The notes under the pieces: model-generated
What the model saw: the letters and a program-made list of their open reading frames with translations, nothing else
Database searches by the model: none
What the model was told of the DNA's origin: nothing
Shown: piece by piece, positions 27,252 to 38,099 of the stretch
Numbering within the stretch: position 1 is the stretch's first letter
Layout: every line of letters starts with the position of its first letter
Source: a virus
Virus record (IMG/VR): IMGVR_UViG_3300021088_000008
Location: 9,219-73,218 of that record
Length of the DNA stretch: 64,000 nucleotides
Reading direction: 5' to 3' (one strand)
Translations under genes and position numbers: made by a program

Positions 27252-27626
27252 ATGACGAAATCAAGTTTGAAAACATGGCTCGGTATCGCCTACGTCGTGA
27301 TCGGGCTGATCATGTTTGCCTCAGCAGCTTTTTCTCAGGGCATCACCGATCAGCCCATGGTTCCGCTCGGATATTGCCAACTTACCGCGCCGGCCGCCGC
27401 AACCAAACTATCGACTTGCGCTGGCGGTATTCCAGCCAACGCAAGGATGGTTTACATCTACGTGGAGACTGGCGCGGTTCGATATCGCGATGATGGCGTT
27501 GCGCCGACAGCCGCGATTGGCATGCCGATAGCTGTTGGTGGGACGCTATTTTACACGGGGACATTGAGCAGCTTTCAGGTTATCCAGCAGGCGGCATCAG
27601 TGGTAAATATTCTGTTTTATCGATGA
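27252..27626 (+). CDS. Small exported beta protein
   Basis: Signal-like N-terminus ending AFS|Q, VRYRDDGVAPTAAIGMP. Confidence 0.7.
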   Translation: MTKSSLKTWLGIAYVVIGLIMFASAAFSQGITDQPMVPLGYCQLTAPAAATKLSTCAGGIPANARMVYIYVETGAVRYRDDGVAPTAAIGMPIAVGGTLFYTGTLSSFQVIQQAASVVNILFYR

Positions 27627-28372
27627 CGCCGTCTCCGACCCAGTCAAACGTCTTCGCGCAACTCCGAAGCTTCCTGCTGGCGGTGCTACCTTCGGGTGTC
27701 GTGGTCGTTCCAGCGCAGCAGAACCGGGTGCCTGAGCCTGCCGGGGTCGACTTCGTCGTAATGACGCAGATCCGACAGGAGCGGCTTGAGACTAACGTCG
27801 ATGGCTACGCCGACGGCGTGTTCACAGGTTCGATCGCTGGCCCGACGATGACGATAACCGCGGTGAACCCCAAATTTCCGAACGCGCAGATCGGGGTCGG
27901 CAGCACGATCTTCGGCGTCGGGATCGCGGCGGGGACCTCGGTGAGCGCGATCCTGACCGGAACCGGCCAGATCGGGACCTACACCGTGACGCCGTCCCAG
28001 ACCGTTGGGCCTCTGACCATCTCGACCGGCACAAAGCAAATCATGATGCCGACCAAGCATACGATCCAGATCGACTTCCACAGTGCTGATTTGAGTTCGG
28101 CCGGGGATATGGCGGCGACCGTGAGCGCACTATTCCGGGATGAATTCGCCGTGCTCCAATTCCAGGGACAATCGCCCTATTACGGCGTCGCGCCGCTTTA
28201 CGCCGACGATCCACGCCAGATCCCTTGGACCAACGATCAGCAACAGATCGAATGGCGCTGGACCTTGGACGCTTTGCTCCAATCGAACATCGTGATACAG
28301 GTTCCTCAGCAGTTCACAGATTCCGTGGTTCTCACGCCGGTAAGCGTCGATGCAAAATATCCCCTGCCTTAG
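27623..28372 (+). CDS. Tail terminator / neck protein with an inserted beta module
   Basis: QQNRVPEP, RLETN, IQIDFH and PLYADDPRQ..QQIEWRW. Upstream of the sheath. Confidence 0.75.
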   Translation: MTPSPTQSNVFAQLRSFLLAVLPSGVVVVPAQQNRVPEPAGVDFVVMTQIRQERLETNVDGYADGVFTGSIAGPTMTITAVNPKFPNAQIGVGSTIFGVGIAAGTSVSAILTGTGQIGTYTVTPSQTVGPLTISTGTKQIMMPTKHTIQIDFHSADLSSAGDMAATVSALFRDEFAVLQFQGQSPYYGVAPLYADDPRQIPWTNDQQQIEWRWTLDALLQSNIVIQVPQQFTDSVVLTPVSVDAKYPLP

Positions 28373-28384
28373 GAGGACACCGCT

Positions 28385-30382
28385 TTGACGACGATCCCAG
28401 CCTCGTTGTTTGTAAACGTCGTCCCGTCCGTCCTCTCGACCGTCGGCCAGGCCGTCAGTCTCAACGGCCTGATCCTGACTGGCAGCAACCGGGTCCCATT
28501 GGGGGCCGTCTATAGCTTCGCGAGCGCCACGGCGGTCGCCGCGTTCTTCGGGTCGTCCTCCCAGGAAGCCCTGATGGCCGGCGGCGGCAGCGGCAAGGGG
28601 GCGGGCTATTTCGGCGGATTCGCCAACTCCAATTCGCTGCCGGGAGCGCTGCTGTTCGCCCAATACAATGCCGCCGCCGTCGCGGCGTATCTGTGGGGTG
28701 GGAATGCCGGTGCGGCGCTGACGCTGGCGCAACTGCAGGCCCTGAACGGGTCCCTCAATATCGTCATGGACGGCTACGCGCACGCGATCGCGTCAATCAG
28801 CCTTTCCTCGGCAAACAGCTTCTCCGCCGCAGCGGCCGCGATCCAGGCGGCCTTCACCGACCCCACCGAGGCCTCATTTACCGCGGCGATCGGGGCCACC
28901 TTCACCGCGACGCAGGCCGGAACGAACATGACGACGTCGGCCGTCACCGGGCTGATTTCGATCGGCGACACCATTACCGGGACCGGTGTCGCGGCGAACA
29001 CAACGATCATTTCCCAGACCTCCGGGACCACGGGCGGCGCTGGCGTCTACGTCACCAGCGTGAGCGGCACCGCCTCCGGTGCGGCGTGCATCGGCTCGAG
29101 CACTGTCCTCAATGTCACGGTGGAATCGGTTGTCTCCCTGGCGGTCGGTCAGACCGTGGTCGGGGCCGGGGTCACGGGCGCGCCGACGATCACCGCGCAG
29201 ATCACCGGGCCCGCCGGTGGCGTGGGGACTTATCGCCTCAGCGGCGCACAACAGCAGGTCGCCAGCGAGGCCATGACGGCGATTGCGACGGCTCCCCTGG
29301 TCACCTTTGATTCGCAATCCGGCGCGTTTGTGATCACCTCGGGGATCACCGGCGCGGCCTCGACCTCGGCTTTCGCCACCGGGACGCTGGCGGCCTCGCT
29401 GCTGCTGACCTCGGCGACCGGCGCGTTTCTGTCGCAGGGCGCTGCGGCGGTGACGCCAGCGAGCGCCATGAACGCCGTGGTTGCGATCACCACGAACTGG
29501 GCGACCTATACGACCACGGTTGATCCGGATGGCGGCGTCGGCAACACGCTCAAGCAAGCCTTTGCCGCTTGGAAAAACTCGTTCCCGAATCGCTACATGT
29601 ACGTGGCTGGCGATACCGATGTGCTGGCCCGGTCGAACCCGCCGCAGGCTGAAACCCTGGGGCAGGTATTGGCCGGGAACGGGGATTCCGGGACGTTCCC
29701 GATCTCCGAATTAACCGATCTCAATCAAGCCGCTTTCGTGATGGGAATCGCGGCATCGATCAATTTCAACCAGAAAAACGGCCGCACCGATTTTGCCTTC
29801 CGCAGCCAGACAGGACTCGTTTCCGATGTCGTCTCCGGACAGACTGCGATCAACATCGGGGGTAATCCGCAGGTGCTCGGCGACCGCGGCAACGGGTACA
29901 ATTATTACGGCGCGGTCGGCTCCGGAAATGCCAATTTCACGTGGCTGCAGCGTGGGATCGTCACCGGACAATTTCTCTATGCCGACAGTTACGTCAATCA
30001 GATCTGGCTCAACAGCAACTTGCAACTCGCGCTGCTGAATCTCCAAAACAACTTGCTATCGATCCCGTTCAACACAATCGGCGCTGCATTAATCGAGGCC
30101 GCGCTAGCGTCTCCGATCCAGGCTGGATTGGATTTCACTGCCTTCGCACCCGGCACCATTTCGCCGGCGCAGATCGCCGCAGTGAATTCGCAGGCCGGGG
30201 CCAACGCCGGCAACCCCAGCCTCAACATCACCGATACGCTGCAGGCCCAGGGCTACTACCTCCAGGTCCTGCAGCAGGCGACCAACATTCGGCTGAACCG
30301 CGGACCATGGGCGATCACATTCTGGTACCTTGATAGGGGCTCAGCGCAAAGCATCAGCCTGTCCAGCGTCGCCATCCAATGA
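28385..30382 (+). CDS. Tail sheath protein (DUF3383 family) with two inserted beta modules
   Basis: TIPASLFVNVVPSVL, ASINFNQKNGR..FAFRSQ, GYNYYG, DSYVNQIWLN, WYLDRGS. AGGAGG RBS with TTG start. Confidence 0.88.
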   Translation: MTTIPASLFVNVVPSVLSTVGQAVSLNGLILTGSNRVPLGAVYSFASATAVAAFFGSSSQEALMAGGGSGKGAGYFGGFANSNSLPGALLFAQYNAAAVAAYLWGGNAGAALTLAQLQALNGSLNIVMDGYAHAIASISLSSANSFSAAAAAIQAAFTDPTEASFTAAIGATFTATQAGTNMTTSAVTGLISIGDTITGTGVAANTTIISQTSGTTGGAGVYVTSVSGTASGAACIGSSTVLNVTVESVVSLAVGQTVVGAGVTGAPTITAQITGPAGGVGTYRLSGAQQQVASEAMTAIATAPLVTFDSQSGAFVITSGITGAASTSAFATGTLAASLLLTSATGAFLSQGAAAVTPASAMNAVVAITTNWATYTTTVDPDGGVGNTLKQAFAAWKNSFPNRYMYVAGDTDVLARSNPPQAETLGQVLAGNGDSGTFPISELTDLNQAAFVMGIAASINFNQKNGRTDFAFRSQTGLVSDVVSGQTAINIGGNPQVLGDRGNGYNYYGAVGSGNANFTWLQRGIVTGQFLYADSYVNQIWLNSNLQLALLNLQNNLLSIPFNTIGAALIEAALASPIQAGLDFTAFAPGTISPAQIAAVNSQAGANAGNPSLNITDTLQAQGYYLQVLQQATNIRLNRGPWAITFWYLDRGSAQSISLSSVAIQ

Positions 30383-30394
30383 GGAGGATCTGAA

Positions 30395-30823
30395 ATGGGC
30401 GTTATCACCGCATCCGATGTCGTGCTGACGCTGACGCAGGCGCTGCTCTATCCGACGCCACAGCAGCTTCAGGGATTTGCGGCGGATGACGTCTTCGACA
30501 TTCCCGCGATCAAGTCGATCGAGTCGACGATGGGCGTCGATGGCGTCCTATCGGCCGGCTTCGTTTTCGTTGAGATTCCTTGGGATATCGTGCTGCAGGC
30601 GGATTCGGCCTCGAACGCGATCTTCGATCGGATCTGGGGTCAGCAGCAGGCGACAAAATCGACCTATCAATTGTTCGGGTCAGTGAAAATTCCGGGCACG
30701 TCGACGAAGATCGCACTGACCGCGGGGTTCTTGAGCTCCTACAAGGCGCCGTCCGCCAAGAAGGTACTCCAGCCCCGGCGCTACCAGATGATCTTCCAGA
30801 GCATGGCGGTTGCGCCGGCATGA
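30395..30823 (+). CDS. Tail tube protein
   Basis: LQGFAADD, MGVDGVLSAGFV and LQADS. Follows the sheath. Confidence 0.82.
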   Translation: MGVITASDVVLTLTQALLYPTPQQLQGFAADDVFDIPAIKSIESTMGVDGVLSAGFVFVEIPWDIVLQADSASNAIFDRIWGQQQATKSTYQLFGSVKIPGTSTKIALTAGFLSSYKAPSAKKVLQPRRYQMIFQSMAVAPA

Positions 30824-31020
30824 CCGAGGCCTGCCCGCGCTGCGGCGATGCGTGGCATCATCCGCTGATCCAATGTCCATACGTCAAGGCGGTCACGTTC
30901 GCCGATGATGGGGTTCGGATCGTCCGCGTGGAATTCCTGACGCTGGCGGATATGCCGCAGGTCCGCGGCGCGCCCGGCGCCGACCAGCCCGACGATTACC
31001 CCAAACTCGGAAGGTCCTGA
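30820..31020 (+). CDS. Small zinc-binding protein
   Basis: CPRCG..H..CPYVKAV, ATGA overlap. Confidence 0.55.
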   Translation: MTEACPRCGDAWHHPLIQCPYVKAVTFADDGVRIVRVEFLTLADMPQVRGAPGADQPDDYPKLGRS

Positions 31021-31496
31021 TGGCGAGACAGAGCCAATTGGTAACGGTCCCGAGTTTCCCCGGCACCCGCAACCGGGACCTCGGCAAGCTGTTTCTCATC
31101 ACCGAGTGGCCAGCCGCGCGCGCCGAGGAATGGGGTCTCCGGATGACCTTGCCCCCCACCACGCCGCCGGGCTCTCTCCCGATGGATCTGGCCGGCATCG
31201 GGATGGAGGGGATCGCAATCCTCGGGATCAACACCTTCCTGCGCGGCAGCATGGAAGCGGCTGAACTGATCCCGCTGCTGAACGAACTGCTAGAATGCGT
31301 CCGGATCATCCTGGACAAGAAAAACATGGAGGTTTCGCAGGAGATCACGTCGCCCGACGATATCGAGGAAGTCGCAACCCGCCTCTGGCTGAGAAGCGAG
31401 GTGATAAAACTCCACACAAATTTTTCACCGGCCGACGCCCTGTCGGCCTTGATCTCCTCGATTATGACGACGTCCCCGGTCTCCGCGAGTACGTGA
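31020..31496 (+). CDS. Tail assembly chaperone (gpG-like)
   Basis: RDLGKLFLITEWPA..AEEW, DIEEVATRLWLR..LH..F. Between tube and tape measure. Confidence 0.8.
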   Translation: MARQSQLVTVPSFPGTRNRDLGKLFLITEWPAARAEEWGLRMTLPPTTPPGSLPMDLAGIGMEGIAILGINTFLRGSMEAAELIPLLNELLECVRIILDKKNMEVSQEITSPDDIEEVATRLWLRSEVIKLHTNFSPADALSALISSIMTTSPVSAST

Positions 31497-31663
31497 ACGT
31501 TCCGCCGCGGATCGGCATCCTGATTTCCCACGACAAATCGCTGATCGGGCCGCTGACGCAAACGCTCAGCCTTCGTGATATGTATGACCTGCTCGAGGTG
31601 ATTCAGATTGATGCCTTCAATGACCGCGCAGTCGAAGCGCACAGGAAGAGGAACGAGCGTTGA
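31418..31663 (+). CDS. -1 frameshift extension of the tail chaperone (gpGT-like)
   Basis: In-frame heptamer A AAT TTT (31418-31424). The -1 frame is open to 31663 (YVNVPPRIG..LRDMYDLLEVI). Confidence 0.7.
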   Translation, partial: KFFTGRRPVGLDLLDYDDVPGLREYVNVPPRIGILISHDKSLIGPLTQTLSLRDMYDLLEVIQIDAFNDRAVEAHRKRNER

Positions 31664-33132
31664 GCACCGTGATCGACTCCCTCGTTGTCGAACTTGGCCT
31701 TGACCCCAGGAAATTTACCGAAGGTCAACGCGAAGCCTTGGCTGCATTCAAGAAAACGCAGGAGGGTGCTGAAGAGTTCGGCAAGGACATTGACGCGCAG
31801 GGCCTGAAATTCACCGAGATCTTTGGGGCCATCAAAAAGGGACTCCTCGGTGCGGCCGGCGCGATCGGCGGCTATGAAGGCCTGGCGATCATCAACCACC
31901 TCAACAATATGGACGCCGCGACTGGGCGGTGGGCGAAGACGATCGGCACGAACGTCGAGAATCTGTCGACATGGCAGGGAATGATCCGGCAGGTCGGAGG
32001 ATCTGCCGAAGAGGCGACGGCGACAATGTCGGCGCTGCAGGACCAGATCAACAACGTCCGCATGGGCAGCGGCATGTTCGATAACCAGTTCGGCTTCCTG
32101 CTCAACAAGATCGGCGGCGCGCAGGGGAAAAACGCCGATCAGATCATGCGGGAACTCCAGGCGTATTTCGCCAACCAGATCTCATCCGGACAAATGACTC
32201 CGGCCGATGCGGCGACTCAATTGCGGTGGGTCCCCGGCATGAACCAGAACATGATCAACGTGATGCTCTCCAACCTTCAGAAGTTGGAGGCTGCGGCCAA
32301 GGCGGCCGGTACCGCGACGAAGGAAAGCGCAGCGGAGGCGATCGCATATCAGGAGAGCCTGAATCAGTTGTCCATCTCGGCGGAAGGCCTTGAGCGCGTG
32401 CTGGTCGTGAAACTGACGCCTTCGCTGGTTCAGTTCCTCGATCGCACGAAGCAGATCATCCAGGAACTCAGTCGGGGCATCTTCATTTCGCCGGACAGTT
32501 GGCTGGGGAAGCTCCTTGGCCGCACGCCAGCGCCAGCTGCCGTACCATCATCAGGGGAAGGGGCATCATTCAACGATCGGTTCGGAGCGGCGGGCGGCGG
32601 CGCGCCGGCGGGCGGCACGACCCGCGGCGACCGCAACAACAACCCGGGGAACATCAAGTTTGGTCCATTCGCCCAGGCGCACGGCGCCACCGGCCAGGAT
32701 GAGCGCGGCTTTGCGATCTTCCCGACGCCATCCCTCGGCGGGGCCGCCCAGGTCGCGCTGGTCACCGGAACGTCCTACAGCGGCCTGACGCTGGACCAGT
32801 TCGCGGCCCGGTACGCCGAGGGCAGCCAAGCATGGGAAGGGACCGTCGGCGGCGCTTTGGGAATCAGGGGCGGCGACATCGTCAACAATCAGGACCCGAG
32901 GCTGATTGATGCGATCCGCCGCGCCGAGGGGACGAGCCAGGGCGCCCGAGGCGCGGCCGCAGCGCGTGGCGGAGGCTCGACCAGCACTTCAACGTCGACA
33001 TCCGAGGTCAATATCGGGAACATCCACGTCAACGCGCCAAATGCGACCGATGCCGACGGGATCGCGCGCGAGATCGGCCCGGCGATGAAGCGGTCGGCGA
33101 TCACGTCCCCAGCAAATTCAGGGCTGGTGTGA
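31660..33132 (+). CDS. Tape measure protein with a C-terminal lysozyme-like domain
   Basis: VIDSLVVELGLDP N-terminus, helical body, RGDRNNNPGNI..FAIFPT..YA. Confidence 0.8.
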   Translation: MSTVIDSLVVELGLDPRKFTEGQREALAAFKKTQEGAEEFGKDIDAQGLKFTEIFGAIKKGLLGAAGAIGGYEGLAIINHLNNMDAATGRWAKTIGTNVENLSTWQGMIRQVGGSAEEATATMSALQDQINNVRMGSGMFDNQFGFLLNKIGGAQGKNADQIMRELQAYFANQISSGQMTPADAATQLRWVPGMNQNMINVMLSNLQKLEAAAKAAGTATKESAAEAIAYQESLNQLSISAEGLERVLVVKLTPSLVQFLDRTKQIIQELSRGIFISPDSWLGKLLGRTPAPAAVPSSGEGASFNDRFGAAGGGAPAGGTTRGDRNNNPGNIKFGPFAQAHGATGQDERGFAIFPTPSLGGAAQVALVTGTSYSGLTLDQFAARYAEGSQAWEGTVGGALGIRGGDIVNNQDPRLIDAIRRAEGTSQGARGAAAARGGGSTSTSTSTSEVNIGNIHVNAPNATDADGIAREIGPAMKRSAITSPANSGLV

Positions 33133-33133
33133 C

Positions 33134-33754
33134 ATGGCAGATGTGCCGCAGCTTCCCGGCGTTCCGGACCTCTCGAGCTACAGCGCGAGCGATATCGTGC
33201 TGCTGGCGGCGGATGTCGCGACGGCGATATTTGGTGGGTCATTTGGGTCGCCATGGGGTATTTTTCTCGATGGGCAGCAGGCGTTCGAATACAATTCCGT
33301 GGTTGATTTCGACTACAAGCAGGATTTCCCCGTTTCAGACTATCAGCTCGAGGACGGCGGGTTTCAGAGCTACGACAAGGTTCAACTGCCGTTTGACGTT
33401 AAGGTCCGCGTGGCCTCCGGAGGTGCGGAATCCGATCGCGAGGCGCTTCTAACCTCGGTGCGCGCGGCCGCGAATATTCTCGATTTGTACGAGGTGGTTA
33501 CCCCAGAGCAAACCTACGAAAGCTGCAACATCACGCATGTGGATTTCAAGCGCACGGCGACGAATGGCGTCGGCCTGATCGTGATCGACATCTGGTTCGT
33601 TGAGATCCGGGTCACATCGACGTCGACCTATTCGAACACGCAACAGCCGGCGGTGGCGGGTCAACAGAACACGGGCAGCGTGGCGCCGACAACTCCGTCG
33701 AGCTCAGTCACCCAGGGCCTGACGGACAGCAGCGGCAACTCATTGGTGCAATGA
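33134..33754 (+). CDS. Baseplate / tail tube initiator protein
   Basis: WGIF, VSDYQLEDGGFQSYDKVQLP and LYEVVTPE. Confidence 0.75.
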   Translation: MADVPQLPGVPDLSSYSASDIVLLAADVATAIFGGSFGSPWGIFLDGQQAFEYNSVVDFDYKQDFPVSDYQLEDGGFQSYDKVQLPFDVKVRVASGGAESDREALLTSVRAAANILDLYEVVTPEQTYESCNITHVDFKRTATNGVGLIVIDIWFVEIRVTSTSTYSNTQQPAVAGQQNTGSVAPTTPSSSVTQGLTDSSGNSLVQ

Positions 33755-34074
33755 TGTCCCAGGTCATCCCCGTCCAGCCGATCCCGAACCAAACCTTTCA
33801 GGTCCAGGTCGCGAATCAGCCGTGCGTGATTGAGCTCCAGCAACTCGCCTATGGGATGTTTATGACCCTGTTCGTCGGCAATTCGTTGGTGGTCGGCGGC
33901 GTGATTTGCGAAAATCTCAATCGGATTGTGCGAGACGCCTATTTCGGATTCATCGGGGATTTTTGCTTTCTGGACACCCAAGGCGGCAGCAATCCATCGG
34001 ATCCGGTGTTCACCGGCCTCGGAACCCGCTATCAGTTGATCTATCTGGAGACCACCGACCTTCCGGGAGGCTGA
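33751..34074 (+). CDS. Baseplate protein
   Basis: PIPNQT, GFIGDFCFLDTQG..DP..GLGTRYQL.Y. Confidence 0.75.
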   Translation: MMSQVIPVQPIPNQTFQVQVANQPCVIELQQLAYGMFMTLFVGNSLVVGGVICENLNRIVRDAYFGFIGDFCFLDTQGGSNPSDPVFTGLGTRYQLIYLETTDLPGG

Positions 34075-34077
34075 CAC

Positions 34078-35100
34078 ATGGCGGATGGACCGACACGGGT
34101 CATCATCACTGGAGGAACGACCGACACCTCAACGATCGCGCCTCAACCTCCATTCCAGGGTCAGCAGAGCTTCGTCCAGCGCCTGATCGAATTGACGATC
34201 TCGCTCCAGGCAAATCAGCAGACCAACCAACCGAATAAATTCGCCGGGACCGATTCCGATACGATCACGCTGTCGGGGTTTCGGACGTCGGTTCGAATTG
34301 AGAACAGCGGCGGCGTGGATTGTAGCGCCACCGTCTCGATTTATGGACTGGCGCCGAACCTCGTGAATCAATTGTCGACGCTCGGCATGATTTTCGACAT
34401 GGTCCAGAAAAATAGCATCACGATATCCGCAGGGGATGCGCAGGCTGGGCTGACGCCTGTGTTCACGGGGACGATCGCCTTCGCGTTTCCGGACTTCAGC
34501 GGGATGCCGCAAGTGGCCATGCATTTCGAGTGCCGGACTGGACTGATCGCTGGGACGGTGCCGATCCCCGCATCGAGCTTCTCGGGCTCGACCGATGTGG
34601 CAACGATCATGGCCGGATTCGCTCGGCAGATCCCGGCCGGATTCGAAAATAACGGTGTCACGATCCAACTGCCCTCGAGCTATTTCCCGGGTACCTTGCG
34701 GGATCAGATCCGGGAATGCGCCGAGCACGCGCATATCAACGCCGAGATCCTGCCCGGCAGCGGAGGCCAGCAGGTCCTGGCGATCTGGCCGATCGGCAGC
34801 CAGCGCAACACCAACGGACCAGTCCCGCTGGTGTCGAAGGATACCGGCATGATCGGCGCGCCGAGCTTCGCGCCCAACGGCTATGCGGTCGTGAAATCGC
34901 TGTTCAACCCGCAAATCGCCTTCGGCGGTGTCATCCACATCACCAGCGTAGCGGTACCGCAGGCTAATCGCGATTGGGTAGTGCAGAGGCTATCGTTGGC
35001 GCTTGATTCGCTGGTCCCCAAGGGGCGCTGGGATGCAACGATGATCTGCTATCCCAAGGGATTCGCGGCGCCGGTCCCGCCGCAGGGGGGCGGCACGTGA
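34078..35100 (+). CDS. Baseplate hub protein
   Basis: IYGL..NQLSTLG, ISAGD, FENNGV, TGMIGAP and LFNP. Confidence 0.78.
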   Translation: MADGPTRVIITGGTTDTSTIAPQPPFQGQQSFVQRLIELTISLQANQQTNQPNKFAGTDSDTITLSGFRTSVRIENSGGVDCSATVSIYGLAPNLVNQLSTLGMIFDMVQKNSITISAGDAQAGLTPVFTGTIAFAFPDFSGMPQVAMHFECRTGLIAGTVPIPASSFSGSTDVATIMAGFARQIPAGFENNGVTIQLPSSYFPGTLRDQIRECAEHAHINAEILPGSGGQQVLAIWPIGSQRNTNGPVPLVSKDTGMIGAPSFAPNGYAVVKSLFNPQIAFGGVIHITSVAVPQANRDWVVQRLSLALDSLVPKGRWDATMICYPKGFAAPVPPQGGGT

Positions 35101-35852
35101 GCGACACCAGCTTCGGTTATGGTCACGAAACGCCGAATGATTCGGGATCCGATTATCGATCAATGCTGTTCGTCGCCCGGCAGGTTGTGGTTAAGATATC
35201 GACCATGGCACCGGTCAAGGTGCTGGCGGTCACCGCAGGCGCGGGAACGCCGCCCGCGGCCGGCACGGTGGACGTCCAACCCCTGATCAGCCAGATTGAC
35301 GGCAATGGCTACGGGACGCCCCACGGGACGGTGCATGGTATCCCCTGGTCGCGGGTCCAGGGCGGCAAGAATGCCATCATCTGCGACCCGGTGGTGGGGG
35401 ACATCGGGTTTATCGTCGCAGCCAGCCGCGATATGTCCAAGGTCAAGAACACCAAGGCCGCGGCGCTGCCGGGCTCGCGGCGCCGGTACAACCTCGCGGA
35501 TAGCGTCTATGTGGGCGCCATCCTCAATCCGGCCCCGACCTGCTACATCCAGTTCACGGCCGACGGTCATTTCAAGTTCGTCGATGTCGACGGAAATATG
35601 GTAGTCAGTTCATCGACAGGATGGTCAATCACCCCAAAGTCGGGCCAGCCGGTGACCATCAACGGAGCGCTCGTGGTGACGAACAACCTTCAGCTCGGCG
35701 GGACGATCACAAGCGAGGCGGGCGGAACGTATTTCGGCAACATCGTTCTCACCGGTACGGTCACAGCGGCCGACGTCATTGCCGGTGGCAAGAGCGGCGC
35801 AACTCATGAGCACTCCGATCCGCAGGGCGGCACCACGGGGCCGCCGATATGA
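35097..35852 (+). CDS. Baseplate central spike
   Basis: VDVQPL, QGGKNAIICDPVVGDIG, PGSRRRY, and C-terminal HEH metal-binding apex ending GGTTGPP. Confidence 0.85.
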   Translation: MSDTSFGYGHETPNDSGSDYRSMLFVARQVVVKISTMAPVKVLAVTAGAGTPPAAGTVDVQPLISQIDGNGYGTPHGTVHGIPWSRVQGGKNAIICDPVVGDIGFIVAASRDMSKVKNTKAAALPGSRRRYNLADSVYVGAILNPAPTCYIQFTADGHFKFVDVDGNMVVSSSTGWSITPKSGQPVTINGALVVTNNLQLGGTITSEAGGTYFGNIVLTGTVTAADVIAGGKSGATHEHSDPQGGTTGPPI

Positions 35853-36232
35853 GCACTACTTTGCTTCTTGACAGAACCCTGTGGGATTTGACCCTCGATA
35901 GTTCGGGGAACATCGCGGTCGCCAGCGAGCCATACTCCCTTGCGCAAGATGCCGCCTCGGCGATCAAGACGTTCATCGGGGAATGCTATTTCGATACGAC
36001 GATCGGCATCGATTATCTGGGCATCATCTTCGGCGGCAACCCTTCGTTGGCGCAGATCAAGGGGTTGTTCGTGGGCGCTGCGCTGACGGTGCCAGATGTC
36101 GGTTCGGCGGTATGCTTCATTTCATCGGTGAGCGGACGATCGATTTCAGGCCAGATCCAGGTCGTGAGCAAATCGACCGGTCAGACCTCGTTCGCCAGCT
36201 TCGCCGTCGTGAACCCGCAAGGAATCGGATGA
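35849..36232 (+). CDS. Baseplate wedge / sheath initiator protein
   Basis: [31 protein letters not shown]. Confidence 0.75.
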   Translation: MSTTLLLDRTLWDLTLDSSGNIAVASEPYSLAQDAASAIKTFIGECYFDTTIGIDYLGIIFGGNPSLAQIKGLFVGAALTVPDVGSAVCFISSVSGRSISGQIQVVSKSTGQTSFASFAVVNPQGIG

Positions 36233-36233
36233 G

Positions 36234-38099
36234 ATGGCCGGAACGTCGGTTCCTCAGATCCAATGGACGTCGGCCGGGTTTCTGGCGCCATCGGGCCCGT
36301 CCGTGCTGGCAGGCGTGCAACTCGACATCAGCGGCGCGTTTGGGAGTGCCCTCAGCTACGGGCTGACGACACCACAGGGTCAGCTGGCGCAGTCATGGGG
36401 CGCGATCGTTGTCAATTCGTATTCCACCGCGGTCTATTACGCTCAACAGTTCGACCCGGCCTATGCGTCCGGCAGGTTTCAGGATGCGCTGGGGCGGCTG
36501 ATCCCCGGCTTCGCCCGGCAGCCTTCGGAGCCGACCGCACTCCAGATCATCTGCAACGGCGCGCAGGACGTTCAGATTCCGATCGGCGCCTTGGTCCAGG
36601 ACATCAACCTGAACCTCTATCAGTGCGTCCAGGCCGGCACGATCCCGGTCGGAGGCGCGATTACGCTGTCGTTTGCCGCGGTGGTGCCGGGCCCGCTGGC
36701 GGTCCCTGCCACGGTGACGCTGACGCAACTCATCCCCGGATGGGATTCTGCCACCGTGCTATCGGGCGCGATCGGGCGCAATGTCGAGAGTCGCGCGGCA
36801 TTTGAAACGCGGCGGCAGGACAGCGTCGCTGGCAACAGCTTCGGCCCGGTCGGCGCCATCATCGGCGCCGTCGCCGAGGTGCCGGGGGTGCTCGATTATT
36901 ACGGTGTTGCCAATCCCACGAACGGCACCGTGGTCATCAACGGGGTCTCCATCGCCGCCTATTCGACGTACATCTGCGTTGCCGGCGGCGCGCCGGCGGC
37001 CGTGGCGCAGGCGATTTGGTCCAAAAAGAGCCCGGGCTCGCCGATGGTGGGCAACACCACGGTGACGGTTTACGACTCCAACCCGCTGTATTCCGCGCCG
37101 GTTCCGTACCAGATCACCTATGAGATCCCGCCAGCGCTTCAGGTGCTGTTCAAGGTTGTGGTCGCTAACGGCCCGCTGGTCCCGTCGACATTCCAGACCC
37201 AGATCCAGAGCGCGATCCTCGCGGCGTTCTCGGGCCAATCCCTGCAGGCCAATTTCACCGGGTCGGTGGCGGGTACGACGTTGACGGTTTCCGCGGTGAA
37301 TTCTGGAACGCTGTCGATCGGCCAGACGATCGATGACCTCACCGGCAACCTGGTCGCCAATACGACGATCACCGGGTTCGGCACCGGGACCGGAGGAATC
37401 GGCACCTATTCTGTCAGCGTAGCGCAGACCGTCACCAGCGAGCCGATGACATCGGCGACCACCACCACCGGGACGACGATCCCGCGAGCACGGATCAATT
37501 CTCAGCTCTATGCGATCCAATATGTTCCCGCGGTGGCGGCATTGGGGACATGGGCGCAGGTCGCTGCGATCGGCATCGGATCAGCCAATGAATCCGATGC
37601 GGTGGTGGTTGGGAATATTTCCGGGAACAATCTGACGGTCACCGCGGTGACGTCAGGAACGTTGGTCACAAACGACGCGCTGTTCGACGTGCTGAATCTC
37701 ACACTGAATGCCACCTATATCACCGGCCAGACCAGCGGTACCCCGGGTGGAGTCGGCGTCTATACGGTCAATCAACCCCAGACGCTATTTGGCGCGACGT
37801 TCACGGGCACCGGATCAGGTTTTAACTTGACCGTTACGGCTGTGACCGGCGTGATTGTAAACGGCAATGTTCTGACCGGTACCGGCGTTCCGGCCAACAC
37901 CATCATCGTCAACCAAACCAGCGGCACGCCCGGCGGTGCTGGCGTTTACGTGACGAGCAACACCACGACGTCGAGCGGTGCGGCGCTCACCACCAACGGA
38001 GTCTTCACTGCGGCGTCGGCCGATCAGATCGTGATCCAGGTCAACGCGAATCAGGTGCCGCAACTCACCGCGGCGAACATTTTGGTTTCGCACACATGA
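36234..38099 (+). CDS. Baseplate J-like protein with three inserted beta modules
   Basis: [36 protein letters not shown] and [11 protein letters not shown]. Confidence 0.85.
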   Translation: MAGTSVPQIQWTSAGFLAPSGPSVLAGVQLDISGAFGSALSYGLTTPQGQLAQSWGAIVVNSYSTAVYYAQQFDPAYASGRFQDALGRLIPGFARQPSEPTALQIICNGAQDVQIPIGALVQDINLNLYQCVQAGTIPVGGAITLSFAAVVPGPLAVPATVTLTQLIPGWDSATVLSGAIGRNVESRAAFETRRQDSVAGNSFGPVGAIIGAVAEVPGVLDYYGVANPTNGTVVINGVSIAAYSTYICVAGGAPAAVAQAIWSKKSPGSPMVGNTTVTVYDSNPLYSAPVPYQITYEIPPALQVLFKVVVANGPLVPSTFQTQIQSAILAAFSGQSLQANFTGSVAGTTLTVSAVNSGTLSIGQTIDDLTGNLVANTTITGFGTGTGGIGTYSVSVAQTVTSEPMTSATTTTGTTIPRARINSQLYAIQYVPAVAALGTWAQVAAIGIGSANESDAVVVGNISGNNLTVTAVTSGTLVTNDALFDVLNLTLNATYITGQTSGTPGGVGVYTVNQPQTLFGATFTGTGSGFNLTVTAVTGVIVNGNVLTGTGVPANTIIVNQTSGTPGGAGVYVTSNTTTSSGAALTTNGVFTAASADQIVIQVNANQVPQLTAANILVSHT

